36,193 nucleotides of DNA from a virus. Location: the UHGV virus genome UHGV-0199352; one strand, given 5' to 3'. Position 1 is the first letter of the stretch. Each line of letters begins with the position of its first letter. The position numbers and the translations under genes are program-made. The notes below the pieces were generated by a model. That model was not told the origin of the DNA. It searched no databases and saw only the letters and a list, made by a program, of their open reading frames with translations. Below are positions 8,901-16,943 of the stretch, one piece after another.

Positions 8901-9343
8901 ACATGCTTGCGTCCATCCGATATGCGGTTTCAAGATACGGAAGTCTTGCGGCTGCTTATCGTGGAGTGGGATATGAGAATGGTATCGGAGACATCAATCT
9001 GTCCGATTTATTACCAAGTCTGCCGATGTTGGATGTGAAATGGTTTAAAGACGGTGGAATCCTTACCAAACCAGCATTATTCCAGATGCCGTCCGGAGGA
9101 ATCGGAGGGGCTGCGGAAAGAGAAGCAGAAGCGATCACACCACTGCGATCGCTAAAAGGTTATATTAAGGAATCAATCTTGGAGATTATGGGCGAAAAGG
9201 ATATTAATCTAAATATCAATCTGACAACGACGCTGGACGGAAGAGTTGTCGCACAGCAGACGGTAGGATATGCGAGGCCGATGATTAAAAAGATGGACAA
9301 TTTTGAAAAACTATTAGGAGGGGAAAGGATTGGGACTACTTAA
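5918..9343 (+). CDS. Tail tape measure protein with a C-terminal lytic transglycosylase (SLT) domain.
   Basis: GTG start after AAGGAG. 1141 aa with a coiled-coil N-terminus, a hydrophobic TM block (~aa 490-545), W-rich repeats, and the SLT-like motif QMQTESGGNPNAINNW...GLMQVIDPTF. Confidence 0.9.
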   Translation: MAKKIKGITIKFGADTMALSKALKSAEDTSKSLGGELKSVNRLLKFDPKNTQLLTQKQQLLNEQIGNTNKKLDALKQARSEVEQKFKSGDLGLDEYREFQRTLAKTEQDLKSYTSQLEKLNDVSGKVASKIDDAGESVKKIGGKVSDAGKALAPLSGAFAGAGIASSKMSMDFEEAIAKVSTIADETEVPISELENGIKNLSNQTGISATEIADNVYDAISAGQKTGDALAFVEKSTKLAKAGFADAGNALDVLTTIMNAYGLEAGEVGKVSDMLIQTQNAGKTTVGELASTMGRIIPTAKANNVALDQVTTGYVKLTSNGVAAAESTTYMNAMLNELGKSGTKVSDLLKEKTGQSFSDLMQSGMSLADVLEIVSNGAKEQGLAFGDMWGSSEAAKAGLVLLGDGAQEFNAALDEMQNSTGATEEALGKLETKSDTFRKTFNELKNVMIELGDALMEVLAPVIDTVVEKVKEFSKWFSGLSDESKKIIAIGTIIVATLSPILIIIGKLIIGIGTIIKVVGSIVGLINPVTLTIAAVIAAITGIILVIKNWGDITDWLSKKWNAFKDWMSGLWDSISEKIQGVWNGIKDFFADIWEQIYNVIEGPLKFIEGTIGAVMYAIQAVIYTVWEVIKFALKSAWNWIKDTASAIFIPVANFFTDTWNGIKNTATGVWNDIKNTLGGIWDSIKEKAMDAFSSVWKFIKDGFNRLKDTLGGIVKGIAQAIVNPIGGAVNGVINGVNWVLDKVGSDKQFALWEVPKFARGTGGIQKDTLGIVNDQKGSTYKEMIIPPDGKPFIPEGRDVVLPLEKGTKIMPANQTKSFLEELPHFASGIGDFFGGIWDTVKDFTGSVWDYITHPSKIVQIAIDKFTDLSGAFEPWISVAKGAVNTVLDSVVGFVKGIFDTQSNVNYNPSAGVEQWRTLATRALQMTGQYSEANLQRLLYQMQTESGGNPNAINNWDINAVNGTPSKGLMQVIDPTFRAYAMPGYDKNIYDPLSNMLASIRYAVSRYGSLAAAYRGVGYENGIGDINLSDLLPSLPMLDVKWFKDGGILTKPALFQMPSGGIGGAAEREAEAITPLRSLKGYIKESILEIMGEKDINLNINLTTTLDGRVVAQQTVGYARPMIKKMDNFEKLLGGERIGTT

Positions 9344-10805
9344 AGCAACCTACGGTGGCGTGGAGATTCCGGTTAAGATTACAAGGCTTGACCGGAATTT
9401 AACGCCGTCTATAACAAACAACACGAGAAGTATCGAAAACATAAATGCTGGAGAATTTCTGTATTCCACATACTCTCCAAAGCAGATCGTGATGGAGTTT
9501 CAGATTGCGAACTCTACAGCAAGGGAATTAAGCGAGTTCCGCCGGAGGATGGCAGAGATTCTGTATAGTAAAGAACCAAAGAGACTGATTTTTTCCGACG
9601 AACCAAGCATTTACTATGAAGCAATCGTGGATGGGGAACCGGTGCTGGGAGAGGATGATATGTACAGTAGCGGATCAATCACATGGCTCATTCCAGACGG
9701 AGTAGCGTACTCAACCGCAGAATTCACCTTTGACGGAGTACAGGAAAATGGATACCAGACCATAACCATTAAAAACAACGGAACCGAATGGGCAGACGTG
9801 GACTACGAGATCGCACATCAGCACGAAAACGGCTTTATCGGACTAGTAAGCCAGTATGGAGTGATCCAGCTCGGAAAACAGGAAGAGGCGGACGGAGAGA
9901 ACTACGAAGCGTCTGAAAACTTATTTGATGGATACAGCCTGTTTCAAGATGATCATGGCACCTCTTATCAGAATCCGGAAAACACAACACAGGGAACGAT
10001 CGAAGTCAAGGACGTTGCCGGATATAACGTCATGGCATTAAAAGGTGGACAGGCAACATCCGGGTACTGGAACGGTGGAATGAGAACGCTTACTATCCCG
10101 GTGGATAGCGAGGGCAGACGTGGAGCGAAAAACTTTTACTGTTACACGCAGCACTGGTTCGAGACTGGATTGATGGGACAGACGGGAGCGCAGACCATTG
10201 CGTTTCTTACAGGAAAAAATGAAGTGATCTGCTCTATGTCCATAAATAAAAGCGATTCTGTTGGTAATACGGCACATGTGGACTGGTTCGCACCACAAAA
10301 CAAGAAGATCAAGACACTGGATTTCCAGCCGACAGCTTATGAGGGAAACCCATTTAATTTAAAGATGGGTGGCGGGCATAATGATTTCTTAAAAGAGGGT
10401 GACCGGCTACGGATTTTTTGGTACGGTCAGTATTATTACTTCACTATCCCGGAAATTAAGGACATGGCGTGTGAGAAGATACAGGTCTGGATCGGGCAGT
10501 GGGGAGACCGAAATCTATCAAACCAGTACGTTACACACAACTATTTAAAAAGCATCCGATTCCGGAAAGACAATGTCGATAAGTATAAGGATGTGCCGAA
10601 CCGGTATCGTGCCGGAGATGTGGTGTCTATAGACGGAGAGAGTACAAAGGTCTATGTAAACGGGATGCCGGCAAAAGGAGATGAGATTAATGGATCCAAT
10701 TATCCAAAAGTTCCACCGGGGACAACGGAAGTCCAGTTCTGCTATTCTTCCTTTTCATCTCCACCGCCGCATATTAAAGCAAAAATACGGGAGGTATATT
10801 TGTAA
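9330..10805 (+). CDS. Distal tail protein (Dit) with an inserted extra domain.
   Basis: TTG start after GGAGGGGAAAGG, overlapping the tape-measure 3' end. 491 aa directly after the tape measure, with the N-terminus MGLLKATYGGVEIPVKI. Confidence 0.6.
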   Translation: MGLLKATYGGVEIPVKITRLDRNLTPSITNNTRSIENINAGEFLYSTYSPKQIVMEFQIANSTARELSEFRRRMAEILYSKEPKRLIFSDEPSIYYEAIVDGEPVLGEDDMYSSGSITWLIPDGVAYSTAEFTFDGVQENGYQTITIKNNGTEWADVDYEIAHQHENGFIGLVSQYGVIQLGKQEEADGENYEASENLFDGYSLFQDDHGTSYQNPENTTQGTIEVKDVAGYNVMALKGGQATSGYWNGGMRTLTIPVDSEGRRGAKNFYCYTQHWFETGLMGQTGAQTIAFLTGKNEVICSMSINKSDSVGNTAHVDWFAPQNKKIKTLDFQPTAYEGNPFNLKMGGGHNDFLKEGDRLRIFWYGQYYYFTIPEIKDMACEKIQVWIGQWGDRNLSNQYVTHNYLKSIRFRKDNVDKYKDVPNRYRAGDVVSIDGESTKVYVNGMPAKGDEINGSNYPKVPPGTTEVQFCYSSFSSPPPHIKAKIREVYL

Positions 10806-13800
10806 TGGATAACATCAGAATTGCGATTCTAAGCACAAATAACACGCCAGTAGCGTACATGGACAACGGGCATAAAAAGTCCATGCACTACTGGAATGAT
10901 GATCTACACGAATACTTACAGGGTACGGCGAATGCTTACACTTTTACGGTAAATGCAAAGCATCCAGACGCACAGCATATCAAAGCTGGGAATAAGGTGG
11001 CATTTACTTACAAGGGGAAATCATACTACTTAAACATTGTAAATACCGATAAAACGGAACAGACGATTACTGCTACGGCATGGTCACTGTCGTTTGAGCT
11101 TATTAACGAGGATGCTGGAGAATACAAAGCTGGAAAAGCAATGAGCTTTGAAGAGTACCTTACCGTATTTGACGCCGAGAGAACACTAAAATTAGGACTT
11201 AACGAGGTATCAGATAAGCGGATCACCAACGAATGGACAGGTACAACGTCCGTATTAAAGAGATTATTCTCCCTGGCTAATGTCTTTTCTGCGGAGATCG
11301 AATTTGAGACAGTACTGAACAGAGACTACTCTTTAAAAGAGATTGTCCTAAATGTATATCGGAAACACTCCGATACAGACAGCGGAGTCGGAGAATACCG
11401 GAATGACATTGTACTGCGGTACGGGAAAGGAATTACCGGAATTCGAAAAACCACAGATGCCGAGAAGCTTTACACCTGCATCCAGCCGACCGGAAAGGAC
11501 GGTCTGACAATCAATGGTCTTGACAAGAAAGAATACGATGAGAACGGGAATATCGAGTACTTTACAGACGGCGCAATCATCCGGGCACCACAGGCAAGGG
11601 ACCGGTTCCCATCCAACATCGTAAATAAGGCTGATGCTTATATCCTGATGCGTAAAGAGTACGATACAGACAGCAAGGACAAGCTCTATAGCATGGCTCT
11701 GTCTGATCTTAAAACAGCATCTGAACCGGTGGTGACTTACGAGGTGGACGGATATTTTGACACCAACATCGGGGATACGGTAAGGATGCAGGATCAGGAG
11801 TGGACACCAGTCCTTTATCTACAGGCAAGAGTATCAGAACAGATCAGGAGTCTTACCAATCCCAAAACTGCAAAGACGGTATTTACAAACTACAAAGAGC
11901 TGACATCGGAAATTTCGGACAGCTTATTACAGAGGATGCAAGACCTTATTAATAAAAATAAGGTTTATACTTGCTCTATCTCAACAAACAATGGCATTAT
12001 CTTTAAAAATGGCATCGGTAGCACTACTCTGACCGCTTGCGCTTACGATAACGGCGTGGATGTGGCAGACAAGCTACAATTCCGATGGAGCAAGGATGGA
12101 CATGAGTTTTATGTTGGTAAGAGCGTTACGGTAAATGCTACGGACGTGGATACAAAGGCGGTGTACTCGTTTGAGGCTCTGGAAAATGGGATAAAACGTG
12201 GATATTACGAGGTTACGATTACAGATGTAATGGATGGAGAGGATGGAAAAGACGGAAAAACACAGTACACCCACATTGCTTATGCAAACAGCGCAGATGG
12301 GTCTAAAGATTTTTCTGTATCCGACAGTAATCGGGAATATATCGGAATGTATGTTGATTTTACGCAAAATGACAGCGCAGACCCGACAAAATATGCATGG
12401 AGTAAGATCAAAGGCGCAGACGGGGCGATCGGAACACCAGGAAAGCCGGGAGCCGATGGAAAGACCCCATATCTACATATTGCCTATGCAAACAGTGCAG
12501 ATGGCAAGACGGGATTTTCCACCACGGATGGTACAAATAAGCTCTATATCGGGCAGTATACAGATTATACACAGGCAGATAGTACAGATGCTACGAAATA
12601 TACATGGACAAAGATCAAAGGCGAAAATGGAAAAGACGGAACAAACTCAAGAAGCTACATCCTGGAAGCGTCCGATACCGCTATTAAAAAAGGTGCAGAC
12701 GGAGCTTTAACACCATCTAAAATAACATTCCGGTCGTTTTATCGAGATGGAGACAGTGCGACAAGGATACCATATAATGGTAGATTTAAAATCGAAGAGT
12801 CAACCAACGGAACATCATACTCCGTGAAATACACCTCATCTGCGAACGAAAGTGCAAAGGAGTATACACCGACTGCAACTGCGAAAATACTCCGTTGCAC
12901 GCTTTACAGCGCAGACGGGACTATAAATGCTTTGGATACGCAGAGTGTTGTTGTGCTTACGGATGTGGATAATTTGGAGATTGGCGGTAGGAATCTATTA
13001 TTAGATACAAGAGATTTCGGCTCAAAATCAGTGTGGGTAGGCAACAGACCAAATCCTGTGAAAGATACGGACGGTATGTCATATGTTGGAGTTGTTAATA
13101 CATGGTCTAAATACTTAAAGCAGAGAATTGATCTACTAGAAGATATTTATACTCTGAGCTTCTACGCAAAGGCAAGCTCAGAAACTACACTGGAAGTCCG
13201 AAACGATAACGCTCCAATTAAAATCTTCCATACTGTTAATGTTAATTCGGTTGATTGGAAACGATATTTAGTGTCTGTTGAAGTTGATTACGAACACAAT
13301 ACGGAGCTCATTTTCTTTACAAGGGCTGCGGAGACTATTTATATAAAAGGTATCAAACTCGAAAAAGGGAACAAAGCTACAGACTGGACGCCTGCTCCTG
13401 AGGACATAGAAACTTTAGTAGTAACATTGTCCAACGATTCCCAAACAGTAGCAACAGACACAAACGGAAACGGTGGAAACTTTATAGATTGCTCTACAAA
13501 AGTGCAGGTTTACAACGGCGCACAGGACGTTTCAAAAGTCGCTACTTACACCGTAACAAAATCTTCCGGAATTGCTGGTACATGGGATTTAAGTACACGT
13601 ACTTACAAGGTATCCGCTCTATCTACGGATAACGGATGGGTTGACATTAAAGTAACATACAACGGAAATTCTATCACAAGACGGTTTACGGTTTCGAAAT
13701 CGAAACAGGGCGCGCAGGGAGCAACGGGACCTCAAGGTGATAATGGACCACAAGGGCCTGCGGGGTCATCTGGAAGAGGGATAAAAACTATTACAGAATA

Positions 13801-15112
13801 TTATTTGATTTCTTCCGCAAAAACAGGAATTACAACAGCGTCAAGCGGTTGGAGTACATCAGTTCCGACGATGACAGCAACAAATAAATACTTGTGGAAC
13901 TATGAAAAATTTACGTTTACAGATAATACGACAGCGACCACTACACCAAAAATAATCGGGATATACGGAGACAAAGGGGCAACTGGTGCAACGGGAACGC
14001 AAGGGGCAACTGGAAACGGAATAAAGTCTATCACGAATTATTATCTTGCAACGGCAAGCGGAAGCGGTGTGTCGGCGTCCACATCAGGATGGACTACAAC
14101 TGTACAAGCAATAACGGCGTCAAAAAAATATCTGTGGAATTATGAAGTTGTTACCTATACAAATGGTAGCACGTATCAATCAGCACCATGTATCATCGGA
14201 GTATATGGTGATAAGGGAGCGACAGGTGCTACAGGAGCAACAGGACCAAGTGGCATAATTGTATCTTCTACGGCTCCGTCAAATCCTAAAGTTGGCCAGT
14301 TATGGCAGACAGCATCCGGTCAGCCGATCAAGCGGTGGGATGGAAGTAGGTGGGTGATCCATTATATCGCAGTCGAGAATCTGGACGTGCAAACGCTCAG
14401 TGCGATCGTTGCCAACCTTGGAACTGTAACAGCCGGACTTATTAAGAGTAAGGGTGGACACTTTTACATAAATGTAGACACCGGAGAGATCGTGTCTAAA
14501 AGCAGTGACGGTACAATTTCCGTTTTTGTAAAAAAAGAGAATATTGACATGGTAAGATCGTTTACAGCGTCTAGGTACTGGGGGAGTCGATTAAACTACT
14601 CTGGATTAGAATTTTATTCCGGCGGCAGTAGCATGGCAGATGATATCGCGAATGGATCTATGGTATGCTCTATTCGCGGAGATGAGGAGATGCGTGACTT
14701 TTCGGTGACAAACATAAATGGAGATAGCATATGGCTTATTAGGACAATTAAGCAGCTTACAAAATCTATCTCTTACGATTCCGGTACCGTGAAAGGTCCA
14801 TATACAAGTACAAACTCCGCTAATAACATTCGCGTGGAGCTGAAAAGAAGAGGATGTATGGTAACATGCAAGATCACAATGATTGCACAATTTCCGGGAA
14901 GTGGCGAATACGGGCCATTCAACGAAGTGAAAATTCCAGTAGGATATCGACCGGTTATGGATTTCTTTGCTCCCTATAGTGAAGTTTCAGGACCTAACAT
15001 ATTTGGAACGGGAAGATACGGCATAAGAAAAGATGGGGGGATCAAGATTTATGTGGAGAATGCCGCATTGACAGAACGTCACGCAACGTTCACGTGGATT
15101 ACAGATGATTGA
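10805..15112 (+). CDS. Tail-associated / receptor-binding fibre protein (Tal-like N-terminus) with collagen-like triplets and internal tandem repeats.
   Basis: 1435 aa with TAATG coupling. Gly-X-Y runs GAQGATGPQGDNGPQGPAGSSG and GDKGATGATG (x2). There are two ~57-aa repeats (HIAYANSADG...KIKG) and two ~75-aa repeats (GIK[TS]IT.YYL...YLWNYE...YGDKGATGATG). Confidence 0.7.
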   Translation: MDNIRIAILSTNNTPVAYMDNGHKKSMHYWNDDLHEYLQGTANAYTFTVNAKHPDAQHIKAGNKVAFTYKGKSYYLNIVNTDKTEQTITATAWSLSFELINEDAGEYKAGKAMSFEEYLTVFDAERTLKLGLNEVSDKRITNEWTGTTSVLKRLFSLANVFSAEIEFETVLNRDYSLKEIVLNVYRKHSDTDSGVGEYRNDIVLRYGKGITGIRKTTDAEKLYTCIQPTGKDGLTINGLDKKEYDENGNIEYFTDGAIIRAPQARDRFPSNIVNKADAYILMRKEYDTDSKDKLYSMALSDLKTASEPVVTYEVDGYFDTNIGDTVRMQDQEWTPVLYLQARVSEQIRSLTNPKTAKTVFTNYKELTSEISDSLLQRMQDLINKNKVYTCSISTNNGIIFKNGIGSTTLTACAYDNGVDVADKLQFRWSKDGHEFYVGKSVTVNATDVDTKAVYSFEALENGIKRGYYEVTITDVMDGEDGKDGKTQYTHIAYANSADGSKDFSVSDSNREYIGMYVDFTQNDSADPTKYAWSKIKGADGAIGTPGKPGADGKTPYLHIAYANSADGKTGFSTTDGTNKLYIGQYTDYTQADSTDATKYTWTKIKGENGKDGTNSRSYILEASDTAIKKGADGALTPSKITFRSFYRDGDSATRIPYNGRFKIEESTNGTSYSVKYTSSANESAKEYTPTATAKILRCTLYSADGTINALDTQSVVVLTDVDNLEIGGRNLLLDTRDFGSKSVWVGNRPNPVKDTDGMSYVGVVNTWSKYLKQRIDLLEDIYTLSFYAKASSETTLEVRNDNAPIKIFHTVNVNSVDWKRYLVSVEVDYEHNTELIFFTRAAETIYIKGIKLEKGNKATDWTPAPEDIETLVVTLSNDSQTVATDTNGNGGNFIDCSTKVQVYNGAQDVSKVATYTVTKSSGIAGTWDLSTRTYKVSALSTDNGWVDIKVTYNGNSITRRFTVSKSKQGAQGATGPQGDNGPQGPAGSSGRGIKTITEYYLISSAKTGITTASSGWSTSVPTMTATNKYLWNYEKFTFTDNTTATTTPKIIGIYGDKGATGATGTQGATGNGIKSITNYYLATASGSGVSASTSGWTTTVQAITASKKYLWNYEVVTYTNGSTYQSAPCIIGVYGDKGATGATGATGPSGIIVSSTAPSNPKVGQLWQTASGQPIKRWDGSRWVIHYIAVENLDVQTLSAIVANLGTVTAGLIKSKGGHFYINVDTGEIVSKSSDGTISVFVKKENIDMVRSFTASRYWGSRLNYSGLEFYSGGSSMADDIANGSMVCSIRGDEEMRDFSVTNINGDSIWLIRTIKQLTKSISYDSGTVKGPYTSTNSANNIRVELKRRGCMVTCKITMIAQFPGSGEYGPFNEVKIPVGYRPVMDFFAPYSEVSGPNIFGTGRYGIRKDGGIKIYVENAALTERHATFTWITDD

Positions 15113-15140
15113 TTAAAGGAGCGAATATGGAGATTAGAGC

Positions 15141-15164
15141 AAGACCCTCACGGTCTTATTTTTA
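15141..15164 (+). terminator. Weak intrinsic terminator after the tail-fibre gene.
   Basis: AAGACC-ctcac-GGTCTT followed by ATTTTTAT. Confidence 0.3.
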
Positions 15165-15194
15165 TGCATAAATTAAATGGAAGGCAGTGAGAAA

Positions 15195-15407
15195 ATGACA
15201 GATACAGTTATAGTAGCAATTATATCTCTGCTTGGCACTTTGCTTGGAAGTTTCGGGGGAACGCAGCTTGTAAAGTACCGGATAGAGCAGTTAGAAAAGA
15301 AGGTAGAGAAGCACAACTCTATTGTAGAAAGAACATATATTTTAGAGGAAAAAGTGAAAGTAGCAAATCATAGAATTGAGGATTTGGAAAGGAAAGGTGA
15401 GGAATGA
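15195..15407 (+). CDS. Small membrane coiled-coil protein, XhlA-like lysis-associated.
   Basis: 70 aa. N-terminal TM segment (VIVAIISLLGTLLGSFGG) then coiled coil. Immediately precedes the holin with ATGATG/TGA overlap. Confidence 0.45.
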   Translation: MTDTVIVAIISLLGTLLGSFGGTQLVKYRIEQLEKKVEKHNSIVERTYILEEKVKVANHRIEDLERKGEE

Positions 15408-15700
15408 TGGAACAGATTATGAATTATGTAAAACCGGAACTGATTGTTGTAGCAGTGGTACTGTATTTTATTGGAATTGGACTGAAACAGTCTCAGACAG
15501 TAAAGGATAAGTGCATCCCGCTTATTCTGGGCGGAATCGGGATTGTGTTATGTGCAGTGTGGGTGATTGCATCTTGCCCGATCAGTACCGGACAGGAGAT
15601 TGCGATGGCGGTATTTACAGCAATCGTACAGGGGATTTTAGTGGCTGGTCTGAGTACATATGTGAATCAGACAATTAAACAGATTGGGAAAAATGAATAG
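15404..15700 (+). CDS. Holin.
   Basis: 98 aa with three predicted TM segments, located between the XhlA-like protein and the amidase. Confidence 0.65.
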   Translation: MMEQIMNYVKPELIVVAVVLYFIGIGLKQSQTVKDKCIPLILGGIGIVLCAVWVIASCPISTGQEIAMAVFTAIVQGILVAGLSTYVNQTIKQIGKNE

Positions 15701-15764
15701 GATTTAGAATAGTGGGAGAGCTTGGAAACAGGCTCTCTTTCATTGTATGACAGGAGGTGAGAAC

Positions 15765-15851
15765 ATGAGTGAACAGAACGAATTTGGCAGAGTATCCGCA
15801 GAGGAACTGGAAAAAGTATTTGAGACAGAAGAGCAGGAGGAACAGGAGTAA
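15765..15851 (+). CDS. Micro-ORF encoding 28 aa, highly acidic (MSEQNEFGRVSAEELEKVFETEEQEEQE).
   Basis: AGGAGGTGA RBS at 15752-15760. Its stop TAA overlaps the amidase ATG (TAATG). Not in the six-frame track because it is under 60 aa. Confidence 0.25.
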   Translation: MSEQNEFGRVSAEELEKVFETEEQEEQE

Positions 15852-16654
15852 TGAAAATTGGCTTAAGGGGAGGACACTCCCCGAATTGTAAAGGTGCAAT
15901 CGGTCTGATCGATGAGCAGGCAGAAGTGCGGAAAATCTACAATGAGCTTGCACCAATGTTGCAGGCTGTCGGTCATACTGTGGTTGATTGTAATTCCAAC
16001 GCATCCAATGTGTCTGGTGAGCTGTCTGACGGCACAAATAAGGCGAATAGTGCGGGGTGCGATATCTATGTCACCTTGCACATGAATGCGGCAGGAGCGG
16101 AATCAGCTGGCGGTACAGAGGTGTGGTTATACGATGCATCTAACCAGACAATGAACACGATCGCAAGCAATATCTGCCAGAATTTCGCAAATAAAGGATT
16201 TGCTAACCGTGGTGTAAAGTACAGTTCGGGATACCATGATCTGAATGCATCTAATATGCCAGCTATGATCGTAGAGACATTATTTTGCACCGGAACAGAT
16301 GATGTGGCCAGGTACCGGAGCTTAGGAGTTAAAGGAGTTGCAGAACTGATCGCAAAGGCGATCGACAGCAAAGCATCCGCAGGAAGTGGGCAGGGAAATA
16401 ATCAAAATACAGGAGATCAGAAAGGAGAAGAGACTATGCAGTGTATGTTTACAGTAGAGGGAAAAGGATGTGTATATTGGTATCATGACGATAAGATTAC
16501 GGCTTTGGGACATCCGGACGAGATGAAGATCCTGATGGATATTTACAAAGCGAACAATGGAAGAGATATGCCGTCTTACCATTGGACAAAAAAAGCGCCG
16601 TGGCACGCAAGATTGCTTGCGGTTCTGAACAGAAAACCATCTACATCTATCTAA
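15851..16654 (+). CDS. Endolysin: N-acetylmuramoyl-L-alanine amidase (Amidase_3 type) with a C-terminal domain of unknown type.
   Basis: 267 aa. The N-terminal ~180 aa carries Amidase_3 features (GHSPN...DIYVTLHMNAAG...TEVW). The C-terminal ~80 aa is W/H-rich (CVYWYHDD...YHWTKKAPWHARL). Confidence 0.85.
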   Translation: MKIGLRGGHSPNCKGAIGLIDEQAEVRKIYNELAPMLQAVGHTVVDCNSNASNVSGELSDGTNKANSAGCDIYVTLHMNAAGAESAGGTEVWLYDASNQTMNTIASNICQNFANKGFANRGVKYSSGYHDLNASNMPAMIVETLFCTGTDDVARYRSLGVKGVAELIAKAIDSKASAGSGQGNNQNTGDQKGEETMQCMFTVEGKGCVYWYHDDKITALGHPDEMKILMDIYKANNGRDMPSYHWTKKAPWHARLLAVLNRKPSTSI

Positions 16655-16660
16655 TAAAAT

Positions 16661-16687
16661 CCCCTCGGAGATCAGCTCTCTGAGGGG
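16661..16687. terminator. Stem-loop directly after the endolysin stop.
   Basis: CCCCTCGGAGA-tcagc-TCTCTGAGGGG, a 10-11 bp stem. There is no clean T-run on the + side; an A/T-rich run flanks it on the 5' side. Confidence 0.35.
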
Positions 16688-16725
16688 TGAATATTGTATC
16701 AATCTTATTGAATAAAAACATTCTA

Positions 16726-16746
16726 TTTACAACACACTTACAACAA
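16726..16746 (+). repeat. 21-bp direct repeat copy 1, TTTACAACACACTTACAACAA. Candidate integrase arm-type site within attP.
   Basis: An exact 21-mer is repeated 197 bp downstream, in the intergenic region between the lysis cassette and int. Confidence 0.5.
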
Positions 16747-16818
16747 AAATGCCGACAAAGCCCGTAAAACCGTTCAGAAACTTTAAGTATTTTTAAGATT
16801 TATTGATTTTCAAAGATT

Positions 16819-16870
16819 CCCGTGGTTGACGCAAAAACTTCAAAAAACGTGTCAACCACGGGCTTTTTGT
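16819..16870 (+). terminator. Rho-independent terminator.
   Basis: CCCGTGGTTGAC-N20-GTCAACCACGGG, a 12-bp perfect stem, followed by CTTTTTG. Confidence 0.5.
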
Positions 16871-16922
16871 CGAATAAAATGCAATCAAAAAAGAATTGAT
16901 TTCAGGTAGAATAATCGAACCG

Positions 16923-16943
16923 TTTACAACACACTTACAACAA
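16923..16943 (+). repeat. 21-bp direct repeat copy 2, overlapping the int stop codon.
   Basis: Identical 21-mer to 16726-16746. Confidence 0.5.

Noticed and set aside
12234-12710. 158-aa alternative-frame ORF inside the tail-fibre gene.
   Set aside because: Embedded in the repeat region of a long, well-supported CDS. R/Q/M-rich frame artefact.
10805-15112. Diversity-generating retroelement targeting the tail fibre.
   Set aside because: No reverse transcriptase gene and no non-coding template repeat anywhere in the window. The repeats are in-frame protein-domain duplications.
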